64,000 nucleotides of DNA from Chrysomallon squamiferum (Eukaryota > Animalia > Mollusca). The notes under the pieces are model-generated. The model made no database searches, was not told the DNA's origin, and worked only from the letters and a program-made list of their open reading frames with translations. The DNA lies in assembly GCA_012295275.1 (NCBI GenBank), contig CM022673.1, forward strand, positions 15,996,001 through 16,060,000. Reading direction: 5' to 3'. The position numbers were made by a program, and so were the translations under genes. Shown one piece after another: positions 28,873 through 50,312 of the stretch; the first letter of the stretch is position 1, and each line of letters begins with the position of its first letter.

Positions 28873-29282
28873 TATAGTGGTACCTTGACTTACGAGTTTA
28901 CGTAACCTAGCTCGTAACTCAATTTGCTCGTATATCAAATCAATTTTCCCAAATGAAATTAATTGAAATACTATTAATCCGTTCCAGCCCCCCCCAAAAA
29001 AAAACACCCCTGTTTTTTGTATCGTGTTTCTAAATAATAAAACTGTATGTATAAATGACAAATATTGTATAAAAAACCAAAATAAAAGAGAAAGTAAAGA
29101 AATAAATTGGTTTTGTAAAGTGTACAGGGTTAGGGTTTCTCCATCTATTCATGGACAGAGATCCGCAGCTTTCCACAGGGATTCAATTAGCGGCGGCACA
29201 TCTGAAGCTCGCTCCTAACTCGGATTTTGGCTCGCAGCTCAAAGCAAAAATCGCCCGGTAGACTGCTCGTAACTCGTAACTC
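28873..29282 (+). mobile_element. Degenerate Tc1/mariner Tigger-type non-autonomous DNA transposon remnant
   Basis: Begins TA-(c>t)AGTGGTACCTTGACTTACGAG, resembling a Tigger/pogo TIR, with recurrent GCTCGTAACTC subterminal motifs near both ends. No intact right TIR or transposase was seen. Confidence 0.55.
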
Positions 29283-29721
29283 CTGCGTCTTACTAGTTTG
29301 CTTTACGTGATTACCTCTCCGTGAAAATAAAATATTATAATCTAAAATTAAATAATATAACAGAATTTAATGTTTTAGAATTTATTTCAATTTTGATCTG
29401 ATCTTTTATCATCTAATCTAATATCATCTGATGCGATATAATGGCTGTGATGTAGTGTTATTATAGTGAAAAAAAAAAAAAAAATTAAGTTTTATTTTTG
29501 TGATTGTTGTTGTTAACGTCTCTGCCTTACGTACATGACTAATTATAAATTAATATTAATATGAAGAGATAAATACTTATTTGATGGTTTCATTCATTTT
29601 GTATTTAAATTTTTTCAGAATTATGGAAAGAAATAAGAAAGATGTTTCAGAAACTTTGTAGTTACTTGTGGATTTGTGTCTTCTATGCGCATGTGTGCTT
29701 GTGTTTCTGTACCTGCGCATC

Positions 29722-29826
<105 letters not shown>

Positions 29827-31027
29827 GATTAATAATGTATTATAAGCATAGATAATAAAATCAAGAAAGGTAACTTTGAAATAATCAGACGTTATTTTTA
29901 TTTCGTAAACATATACATAATAACCAAACAAAAATTACCTTTTATTTCAAACTTTCAAATAAATATAACAATACCAACAAATAACAAAAATACATCAGAA
30001 ACGATTTAAAAATCAAAGTATATACATATTGATGATTAGTTTATTACACAATTTTCAACAGGATTTTATTTATTTATTTATTTATTTAAACAAAATATCA
30101 GTACAAGATGATTTGATTAATACAATGAAAAAATTGAAAGATATAAATACAGATAGAAATAACACATAATCTTTATTAAAAAACCTAAAACAAATTTAAA
30201 CTGTACGTCGAATTAACTAACACTACTATACGACGTTTGTCAAAATGTTTTGAAAACTGAAGATTTTGTTACCACAGACTTTCATTTAAACAACAAAAAA
30301 CTGTTTATTTTATTAGGTACTCCAAACCGCCTGTATTAGTGGTCCTCTGTACAGTTTTGATTTATTATTACTACTGTATTTTGAACGCTTGATTTAATTT
30401 CTGTTTCAGGTCCTATAAACAAATTGTATGAACTGAAGGTATTTCTTTGTATTTATTGTACGACTGTTACCTCGGAATGTGGAAAAAAAAAAAAAAGTTT
30501 AATTTTAATCAGATGTACCTTGGGTAGCAGCCTTCGTGTTATGGATCGTTCACACACTTGTTTTACGCTTGCGGGGTTAACCCCTAAGCGCTTTCTTCCA
30601 AAAAAATGATCAGTCTTTCAGCTTCATCTGTTTATCCAGTATAAATAAATTTGAATCCCGAAATCGGTAGAAAACCATTTTCAAAGATTTAATTTTTTAA
30701 TGAATGGTTTCTCATATCAATGTAAATTTACACTGCAAAGGCATCGGGACTAAAAGCAGAATGCACATTTGCGATACTTATTTGAAATAATATGAAATAA
30801 ACTTTTTCAGAGACAATTTCGCTTCAGAACGGGCCATTAAAAATCGAGAGTTGTTGAAAATAGTAACTGTGCAAATAGCAATTTCGAATTTTTTATCACT
30901 GAAATCACGAGAAAAAGATCTACAGTTATAACTAGGGGTCAGTCCTGTATTCCCAAATCAGAACATAACTTTGGAGTATCTAATTTTATTAATACGCTTT
31001 GGAGTACCTAATTTTATTAATATTATT

Positions 31028-39637
<8,610 letters not shown>

Positions 39638-41402
39638 CGTCCAGTCTCTAGCGTCGTCCTACCCAAGATCCTAATATATAAGAACTTCCTTTAGCGTTTT
39701 ATTGCAGTAAATTCTCAAACGTTTTCTTTTATTTTTTATCCTTTCATGAATACTTAGCTGTTTTCAAAAGTTACTATTATTACGATTTATCATGAGTCCA
39801 AATGTTGTTATAGCAATAACAAAATAACGGAAAAGCGTTATTTCTTCAGTTTTATCAAACCGATTCGTACTTGTATATCCTATTTAGGGTCAAGAAAATA
39901 TTTTCCAGACTTGTAAGACATTTCAAAAATAATTGCAATAAGTCTGTATGTATCCTTTTTTTTCTGGGTTCCGGTATTATAAACATAACATTGCATCAGT
40001 TCAAAAGTTCAAATAAAAAATCACAAGTCCTTTTCTTTTTGATTTACTTTAATTTGTATTTGCTTGAGCACGTTACACTGGTTCAAAATGACTCCATTAA
40101 ACTTTCTCGAGTTGATATATTTTGCTAATGACGAACTTAAGCTGATATAGAAAAATATCATCGCCTACGCCGTGAGAGCTACATACACCAGAGTCCTTGA
40201 GTTCGTATACGTTTGACACACGGTGACGAGAAAGCCGGAGATAAACATTCCTTAATAGGCGTGAAGTCGAAAACAGAAATTCTGACATATACGATCGTTT
40301 CGTTTGATCAGGTTAATGCTGAAGGGATTTGAGGACTGGGCTCTGTGTCTTTATTAATTGCCATAATCTCTTTATTGGCTGAAGCACTGGGGACACTTAC
40401 GAGAATCCTAGTTGTATTAGATAAACGATTAACTGGAATACATTTCAATGTATTGCATGTATAACGTCGCGAGAACATCCATCATTTGAATTTCCTTTTT
40501 GTTATTCCTGCTGAATCAACACTTTTCATTTTAAAGGATCAAGAATTCGAAATTCTACAGACATCCGTATTTGACTGAGTCCATCAGAATGTTACAGTTT
40601 CCAAATCCGAAAGAAGGTACCCTTTCCCTGTTGTGTTAGCAGGAACAGAATTTTGTTCCGAAAGCGACCGAAGACACTAATTTCATGCAATACGCATTAG
40701 CCACTCGAGTGTCCAGCTAAGTTTTCTCAAGTGGGCAGAAACCTATTAAAATAATTACTGAAATGAAAAATGTTGAATCTATTAGTTAATAATACATGAA
40801 ATGAAACAGCTCAGGAGAATGAGAAGGTGAAAGCAGATTGCTATTTCTCTTCGGGACTGGCGTTTCCAGCGGTGCTAGACCAATCAGAACTGTCTTTCAG
40901 ATCTCAAAACAAATGTCGGCTTTACATCAGTTTACTGCAACAAAGCTCATAATTCATGAAAACGTTTCTGATTGTCAGTTGTTTCCAAAGCCGACAGAAG
41001 TTAGTTATAGTTGAGAGAATGTATAGTTCCTTCTGAAAAGTATTTGGAAATCAGTAAGTATATTTTACTAATTACATTCAGATATTTACAGTAAAATAAT
41101 TTCCACTTCTACTTAAAAGTATAATAGAGACAGAAATGAATGAAACCCATTAATTAAAAATATTTGCATATATAGTTATAGTTTCATATACATTTCGCCT
41201 CTGCAGGAACAGGAGGGCGCCCGCTCTGACCCTTTTTGGGGCCGCCCTTGTGCTCGAAATTCAGAAAATGCCCGCCCTCATTTGCCTCAATTCTTAGTAA
41301 AACGTACAGGTAATTAATGTAATATTGTCTCAAATCCGTCTATAATTAATTGGCTGTCCTCTACAGCCATCAGTTTGTCAAACAAATGACACGACTTGGC
41401 GC

Positions 41403-41534
41403 TAACAAACAAATACGAACGGCATTTTTAAGCACTGGGGGAAACATTAATATATATATATTTATATATTAATATATATATATATATTAATGTTTCCCCC
41501 AGTGCTTAAAAGTGCCGTTCGTATTTGTTTGTTA
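41403..41534. repeat. Near-perfect palindrome (arms of about 48 bp around an AT-dinucleotide core)
   Basis: taacaaacaaatacgaacggca...cactgggggaaacattaa versus ttaatgtttcccccagtgc...tgccgttcgtatttgtttgtta. Confidence 0.9.
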
Positions 41535-41544
41535 ATATATATTA

Positions 41545-41546
<2 letters not shown>

Positions 41547-41627
<81 letters not shown>
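41547..41627. repeat. (TA)n microsatellite
   Basis: Direct inspection. Confidence 0.95.
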
Positions 41628-41630
<3 letters not shown>

Positions 41631-41776
41631 GTTTCCCCAGTGCTAAAATAGCAAAATCCAGCATTAGCAGTTCATTGGTAATATTGTTGTTATTAAGATG
41701 TTTAAGTTTTAAGTTATTTATATATTAATGTCTGTGCATATATGTTGTTTTTGTTTTCTTCTGTAGTTTGTATATC

Positions 41777-41885
41777 ATGATGATGATGGTGTCCACTACA
41801 ACAACATCTTTGGTGATTTTATTATTTGATATAACTATTGTGGCTTCCCAGAATGCAGGAACTAAGCATTATTACATCCAGGGAA
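41777..41885 (+). CDS. iGluR-B first coding exon (signal peptide MMMMVSTTTTSLVILLFDITIVASQ)
   Basis: Strong acceptor ttttcttctgtag at 41766 just upstream of the ATG; A|gtatgt donor, phase 1. Confidence 0.65.
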
Positions 41886-43031
41886 GTATGTAAGATATGT
41901 TGTCGCTTAAACCGCGAAGCATTCTTCCTATACGTGTATATATATATGTACGTGCCCAACACTGTCCATCTATACACATAGCACTGCACCAGTCCATCAA
42001 TCAATCCATTAAACTATCCCACCTTTCTATCTCTCTGTATATATATAGTGTGTGTGCGTGAATATTTTATGCATTTTTGTATCAGCAATAATAATAAAAA
42101 ATAACAAGAACGACAATAATAATGTCAATAACGACAACCAAAATAGTAATAACAACAACAATAACAACAGCAACAAAAACAACAACAAAAATAATAATGA
42201 TAATGATGACGATAACAATAGTATCATCATCTTTAATATTAATAACAACAACAGTAAATAAATAAATAAAATAATAATAGTTTTTAACCTTGAGACAACA
42301 GTGCGACATAATATATATATATATATATATACAGAGAGATAGAAAGATGGATAGTTTAATGGATGGATTGATGGACTGGTGCAGTGCTATGTGTATAGAT
42401 GGACAGTGTTGGGCACGTACAAATATATACACGTATAAGAAGAATGCATGCTAATCTGTGAAAAGTGCTCCTCTTTCAGACAGACATTTTGTTAATTTTT
42501 TACGTTTTAATCTAATAAAATGTTATCATACTTAGTCATCTATAATTATACACTGGATCCTCTGTTTAATGGACCTCTGTTTCACGAACCTTGGGAACAT
42601 ACAAATATTCTCGAATTTCCATTAATTCGATTTTTTTTTTTTTTTCTTTTTTTGTAAACTTACTTCGATTGATTATGCTTTAATAACTATTGGTATTTCT
42701 GTTTTCTATTCTAAATAATGAGCCCGTTTTTTAATTAGTAATTCTCTGTATCTTGTCTGAAGGATACGTTTCCCGTAGTTATTTTGTTCCTATTATTTCC
42801 TTTTTTTATTTCTAATCTAAAACTTTTGACACTGTTATTGACAGGCGTCATGGGAAGAAATCAGTCGACAGACACTGACCTCTATCAAGAAATAGCAGAT
42901 ATTTTGCTAAGGGAGACAATTCGTCCTAATGGTACCCAGGCTCCAAATTACTGTGCCATTCGATTTAATACCCTGACCTTTGACACCAGTAGTGGTGCGG
43001 CCATCCACAGAAGTCTTGTTACAGGTACTGT

Positions 43032-43101
<70 letters not shown>

Positions 43102-43986
43102 AATCATTTTGAAAGCAGCTTTACTTTTAAAAAATAATAATAATATAATAATAATTTTTTTTTTTGTTCTTCTTTTTTTACTATATATTATCATATTACA
43201 GCAAGAGATAATTTTGAAGATAAAGGTGTCGCCGTTGCTATTGGTCCGTACATCGACATATTCACGTCAAGCAACTACGTCATCATTAACCAACTTCACT
43301 TACTGACATCACCTACAGGAGACGATGTTGAAAAAATGGATCCGGATCGTGTGGTATCCATATTACCGGAACAAGCCTCGCTTTCAGCAGCAGTTGCCGA
43401 TATTGTTCATGAACTGGGCTGGACGAATGTCGCACTGTTGTCTCAAGGTTAAAAACTCATATTGTTTTATTTATTTATTTACTGTTGTTGTTATTATTAT
43501 TATAGATGATGATACTATTGTTATCGTCATCATCATCATTATTATTTTTGTTGTTATTTTTGTTGCTGTTGTTGATATTGTTGTTGTTATTACTATTTTG
43601 GTTGTCGTTATTGACATTATTATTGTCGTTCTTGTTATTTTTATTATTATTGCTGATACAAAAATGCATAAAATATTCACGCACACACTATCACATTTAA
43701 AAGCAAACAAAAGAAGAACAGCATAAAGAGACGCAAATACGAAACTAATACTAATACTCTTGCGTATTGAAAATACCAACATTGTTGTCCCGTCAAGCTA
43801 AGAGAGAAAATTCACTAATTGAATATTATTTTGGATCTTTGGGGAAAACGAAACGTTTGCAAAATGAATCACTTTGACTTGTACTAATTTGCAAAAGTGC
43901 TTATAAAGTTACTGTGTAAAATGGCAACAGTGTATAAAGGCAGACACGTACGATTTGTTAATTATTATTTTCAATTTTCAATTTTA

Positions 43987-44027
<41 letters not shown>

Positions 44028-44473
44028 TTATTTATTTATTTATTAACTTACAGTAGTATTAGTATTATTAACGTGTTGTTTTTTTCTATTAATTTTTTCT
44101 GTTATTTTTTTTATTGTTGTTTTGATATTATTGTTGATGATACACTGTTGTTTTCATAAGGATTGTTATGAAAGTTTGGATGTTTTGCTTTTTTATTGTT
44201 GTTTGTTTAAATCCTCTTAGTATGATGTTGATAGTTTTCGTTTATTTGCTGGTGTTGTTTTGTTTGTTTGATTGTTTTATTATTATTGTTGTTGTTTATT
44301 ATTTTGTTTGGTTTTTCATTTTTTATTGCTTCGTTCGTTTTCTTTTTATATCTCTGTTTGGGGTTATATTGGGGTTATTTTATTCTTCTTTTCTTTTTCT
44401 TTTTTCATTTTAGTATTTGTAGAATATGTGTTGGAGGAAGTGTTTCTGTTATTATTATCATCATCATCATTAC

Positions 44474-44521
<48 letters not shown>

Positions 44522-44949
44522 ATTTTGTATTTACTTATCTATATTTTGTTCATTCCCACCCCCCCTCTGGTTTGACTGAAAAAAAATAATTAATTAATAA
44601 AATACTGTAATATCATTTGTACTATTGATTTTTGTAGAAATAGCTTTTTTTATTCAATATTTGTCTCTATATTCGCGCCTGTCAGTGAATATTCTATGAA
44701 ATAAAACAATACTAAACAAATTTCTCCCAAATGACATAGTGATATCGGCGTCTGCAAATCGTCTGCAAAATAATCTATTTCACGGCTGTTTTAATAAAAC
44801 AGGATTGTCCAAACAGCTAGCAATTAGATTTTTTTTCACTCTCATTTTGAAAGTAATAATCATAAAAACAATTTAAAAGAAAACAACGAAATAAAATAGC
44901 AATAGCAATAATAATAATAATAATAACAATAATAATGATAATGATTATG

Positions 44950-44991
<42 letters not shown>

Positions 44992-46808
44992 TTCGTTATG
45001 AAAAAGAAATGTAAAATAAAATTACAATGATAATATATTATGGTGATTATGATGTTGATGATTATTATAATGAAGTAGTGTGACCTAATACATTTCAAGT
45101 TGTCTATTTTCTTAATTTTTTTTATTAGTTATTTATTCTTCTTTTTTTTTCTTTTCTTTTTTGGAGTTGTTTTTGTTGTTGTTTGGGTTTTTCTTAGTGT
45201 TTTTTTTTTGTTTTCTTTTTTGGAGTTGTTTTTGTTGTTGTTTGGGTTTTTCTTACTGTTTTTTTTTGTTTTGTTTGTTTTTTGTTTTTTTAATCGTTTG
45301 TATGTTTGTTTATTTTTAATTAATCCAAATATACCATAAATAAATAAATAAATAATATAATATAATATAATATAATATAGTAATAATAAAACTGAAAATT
45401 TGAAAATAATAATTACAAAATAATGAACTAATAAATAAAATAAGAATTTCACGCTTTATAATATCAGTTATTGATGTTGTTGTTTTTTTTTTTTTTTTTT
45501 CTTTCTTTCTTTCGATGAGACTTAAATAATCCAGTTTTAGGTTTGTTCACCTCTGCTGTTATCAATTCCTGTTTTGTAGACGACTTTTCTCCAGTCCTCA
45601 AACTCGGTTACCACAATATCCAGGTGTGGCCGATACGTCTGCCTACTGTTATAACGTCTGCTAACGATATGGAGCTTCAGAGAAACTTGATAGAACTACG
45701 CCAGTCTCAGAAACATAGATTTATTCTTCACTCGACAAAAAGAGACATCATACACCATGTTATGCTTGCTGTAAAATCACTGTTGTTGTTCTAAAAGTTA
45801 AGAAATGAAGGAAGGGGTTAATATTAACGAAATTCTTAAACGAAAAAAGAGATGAAAGATGATAATAAATATAGATATTCATTATATTAACACATAATTT
45901 TGTAGGCTTTATATGCATTATAAATTGTGATATATGGGTATCAAGCAATAGCTCAATATGTTTTTTAACGACCATTGCTCTTTAAAAGGTTTACGAAAAT
46001 ATGTTTTTACAGGCAAAACGTTTGCATCTACTTCACCATTCCATTGACTGGTTTATAACATACCCGGTAAGATTATATTTTATGTTTTTTATTTAATACA
46101 TACATACATACATACATACATACATACATACATTCAGAAACATACATTCTATTCGTCTATACAATTTATAATTATCTATAAAGTAAAAATGCCTTTTTCT
46201 AATAAATAGTAGACTGAAATACAAATATCTAAACTTACTTAACTCTGTAAATAATTAAGGTTTTAAATGAATTTCATTACCTTTCAATTAATTAAAAATT
46301 TAAACGATTTTAATTAGATCTGAAATATTTTCATTTATCAGCCGTTAATCTTAGTTAATTATTAAAATTATTTTTATTGAGAAAAGTGAAGTTAATTAAT
46401 TATACAAATCTTTTTTTTTAATTACCTCTTAACGTTAATTAAATTAAACTGATGTTAATTATTTTCTCAAGGATTTTGAAGATGTTGTAGGAAGGAAAGA
46501 GGATTCATGGCCAGGTTCTATATACGGTCTGCAGCTCTTAAGAGCTGACAAAATACCAACCAATATATCACGTATATATATTATTATTACTTTTTATTTT
46601 ATTATTATTATTTTTTTTATGTTATAAGCCTCTGTAGTTTGCCTTTCAAAAATTAGTTATATATTGTTAACAGCTATTTTTATGCCACATCAACATATTA
46701 AATAAAAGATTTTACTTAGCATGTTCACAATCAGTAAGTAAACAGCAATGGATTTTTATATTTCATCGTTATCACTGTTTACACCTCACATTAAGATTAC
46801 TGTCATCA

Positions 46809-46858
<50 letters not shown>

Positions 46859-49792
46859 AATATTTTATTTTATTTTATTAAAGAGAACGCTGTGATAACA
46901 GAGCGGAATATTTCTCGTCTGCAGCTTGGTTTGGCGATCGACGTGGTTGGTCTATTACGTCATGTGATCTACACGGTGGCCGAGAACTGCAGCAAAGAAC
47001 CGCCGACTGACTACACTGTTTCCGCGGATCAGTTTGATAACATTATTCAGAACCAGGTTCTCAAAATATCGAAATAGTTTATAAATTTTTAGAAACGTTA
47101 CTTGTTGAGTCAAGCTTCAATATTACAGCACTTCTATACTGGTTAAGCAATCGCCTTAAGATTGATATATTATTGGATCGCTTTTGGTATGCGCTTCTGA
47201 TTTACTAATTTTTAATACTCTAAAACACTATAACTATATTGAACACGTAAGTCAAATTATCTGTGAAAACAGTATCCTCGTGAGAGCCGTCATTCATAAG
47301 GCCCATAACTGAACTACTATTCCTCTTGAGTCTGGTAATAAAAATAAGGAAGAAATGTTTTATTTATCAATGTATTTTTTCAACAGCAATCAACTACGAC
47401 ATTGTATGATGGAGCACTGGGTCAGTATATGTGGCATCTTGAGCGCGGTAATGCAAGAACAAACTACACTATCGATATCATGAGAATGAAGGAAGGGTTG
47501 GAAACGGTAATATAATAAAACAGAATAATCATCGGTGTCTGTGAAAAGATCTAATTATTTCATTGTGGTTCTAAGAGTTTATTTTATATTTTTGCATTAT
47601 CTCTGTTTGAACTGACTTTCGCCAACCTTCTCACACTCGCTGAACGAATTTCTTTTTTTTTTAAAGTTATTACAGTTTGTATCCCAATATAAAAAATATA
47701 TATATAAACTAGAGTATTTCTCTTTGTTTGTTCATTCAGATTGGAGTCTGTACGTTTGTAAAAGGTGTGCCAGATTTAACGTTTTCTGTTGACATCGTAC
47801 AGCAGTCAGCTCCCAAATTTGTCTTCAGCAAAGAGGAAGTTCTCAAAGTCGTAACTCGTCAGGTACATGATCTCTGTCATAATCACCATCAACTAATAGC
47901 CATCAACTATCATCATCCTCATCATCATCATAATATTACGACTGATAGTAGTTTTATTAGTATCAGTACCATTGAAAGTGTAATCATATTAGCAAGAGTG
48001 TAAAAGAAGTAGTAGTATTTGCAGCAGCAGTATAATAGTAATAGTAGTGGTAGTAGTAGCAGTAGTAGCACCAATAATACTACTAATAGTTGTTGTAATA
48101 CTTGTAATTTTGGTAGTAGGTTTAATCGTCACTGTAGCTTGCGAGTAGTAGTAGTAGTAGTAGCAGTATCATCACCAAAATATGTGCATTTAAAATAATA
48201 AAAATAATGTTTTTCAATTATATACAGGATGACCCGTTTGTGATGAAGAAAGGTAACAAGTATGTTGGTTTTAACATCGACCTTCTGAAAGAACTTGCCA
48301 AGAAACTAAGCTTTAAATACGAAATCTTCGACGTCAGCGGATGGCAGTATGGCAGTCACCACACCAACACCGACGGCTTGGTGCAGGAGCTCATTAACGG
48401 CGTGCGTCTTAAATGAATATGCTTTTTTTCTTCTTCTTTTTCTTTTTTTTAATATTTTATTTCATTCATTATAAATGCAATTTATCTTTATGAGGAAAAC
48501 GTGTTAGTATAACGTGTACATATATATTTGAATGTGTGTGTGTAAACAAATTTCCCATTTGCACAAAACTGTTGTTTCTCTCTCCACTTTCAAACATATT
48601 TCAAATCATTTTACAGAATGCCTCTATAGCAATCGGCGCTCTTGAGATCAAGGCAGAGCGAGAAGAGCTGATCTCATTCTCTTTCACTATCTTGTCGACG
48701 AAAGCCAGCATACTGACAAAGAAAGGGAAAAGCACGACCAACTTCTTCCAGTTCCTCGGACCCTTCTCTACTGGACTCTGGCTGCTCATCCTGTTATTCG
48801 TGGCCGTGGCTGGAGGGACTCTGTATATTATGAACCGTTTTGACAAAACTCAACGCGACGTCGAGCAGAAGTTTGACTTGAAAGAGAGCATCTGGTACTC
48901 TCTCAACGTCCTCCTGCAAGGAACGACGGAGTACTCTCCGCAGACAACGTCCATGAGAACGCTAATAGCATTTTTCTGGTTCTGCGTGCTCGTCATTGAC
49001 GCTGCTTACACCGCCAACCTGGCAGCGTACCTGACCCTGCAGCAGATCGACGACCGCATTAAGACAATCTACGATCTAGCCGACCAGACGGACCTCAAAT
49101 ATGGCGTCCAGAAGGGAAGTGATTTAGAAGAGTTCATCAGGACACAGTCGTCCGACCCTTTTGAAAGGATGTGGGCGTTCATGAAACTAAGGGAACAGGA
49201 AACTTTGGTGACAAATATGACTCTGGTCCTTGAGAAAATCAAGAACGGGAAATTCGCTTTCATTGGCGACCACAGTACTAACGAATACTATGCTCAGCAG
49301 CTGTGCGGGATCGAATCAATAGAACAAAATTTTGGTCAGAAGAATTACGGGATGGGTTTTCCTAGAGGAGCACCGTACAGGGATGATGTGAACAGAGCTC
49401 TGCTTGAACTGAAGGAGCAAGGTTTTATAGATCACTTGAAGGAAAAGTACGAAACTCAACTATTTTATTTTTCTTCTAATGTACATGAAAAAGACAATAT
49501 TACAGTATCTACTGCAATATATTACAATTTATCTATTAAAAAAAAATATATATATATATAAAACTGACGGAGGGAACAAAGGCTTATCGACCATGTGAAG
49601 GGGAAGTACGAAACTAAATTGCTTTATTTTGGGGGGGGTATGAACAAAGAAAGGTCATATTACAATATAACCTACTGCATATAATTTACAATTTTAAAAA
49701 CACTGCTGACATTACAACTTGTATTATTACTGGTAGAAATGCTACTTCTTTTTTCACTAATATTACCATCACAACGTCTATAATAATAATAA

Positions 49793-49825
<33 letters not shown>

Positions 49826-50242
49826 CTAATACTAATGGGTTTATTTCTTTACACTAACACATTTCAAATTATTCATAATATTATCAGCCATGTTTTATGG
49901 AAGATCAAGGATGCTGCGAAAAATTTGGTTTACTGAAAAATGTAGATCTAAAACATAAGAATATTTTTAAACAAACCCTTAAGGATTTTGCTTACTGCTG
50001 ATGTTGTATTACAGATGGTGGGCTAACGGTAAAAACTGCACCGACGACAGCAAAACAATTCGAGCGAGTGACAAGACGACGGCAGAATTGGAACTGACGA
50101 ACATGATCGGCGTGTTTATCGTTCTTGGCGCTTTCATCGTGTTAGCGATCATCGCAGAGATCACGGAAAGGATTATTTTTTGTTGTGATCAAAAACGAAA
50201 GGAGAAGCGGGTAATTTTTCACACAATATTTTAAAATATCCT

Positions 50243-50312
<70 letters not shown>

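Larger units (their letters stand above)
39638..41776. promoter_or_regulatory. Region between the two iGluR start codons (putative shared promoter), including a CCAAT box at 40880-40884 and a probable non-coding 5' exon of iGluR-B ending at donor tca|gtaagt (41053/41054)
   Basis: Head-to-head start codons 2.14 kb apart; CpG-retaining, less repetitive sequence from 39.6 to 41.1 kb. Confidence 0.5.

Noticed and set aside
30513-30580. Short hydrophobic frame VPWVAAFVLWIVHTLVLRLRG as a micro-membrane protein
   Set aside because: The upstream exon-like piece has an in-frame TGA in the needed phase, and there is no SECIS or start support.
42548-42630. TA-CACTGGATCCTCTG start resembling a Tc1/pogo MITE end
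   Set aside because: No matching second TIR was found, and it is too short to support.
43340-43380. Suspected frameshift in iGluR-B exon 3
   Set aside because: On re-reading, GTG GTA TCC ATA TTA CCG GAA is in frame and the exon is intact.
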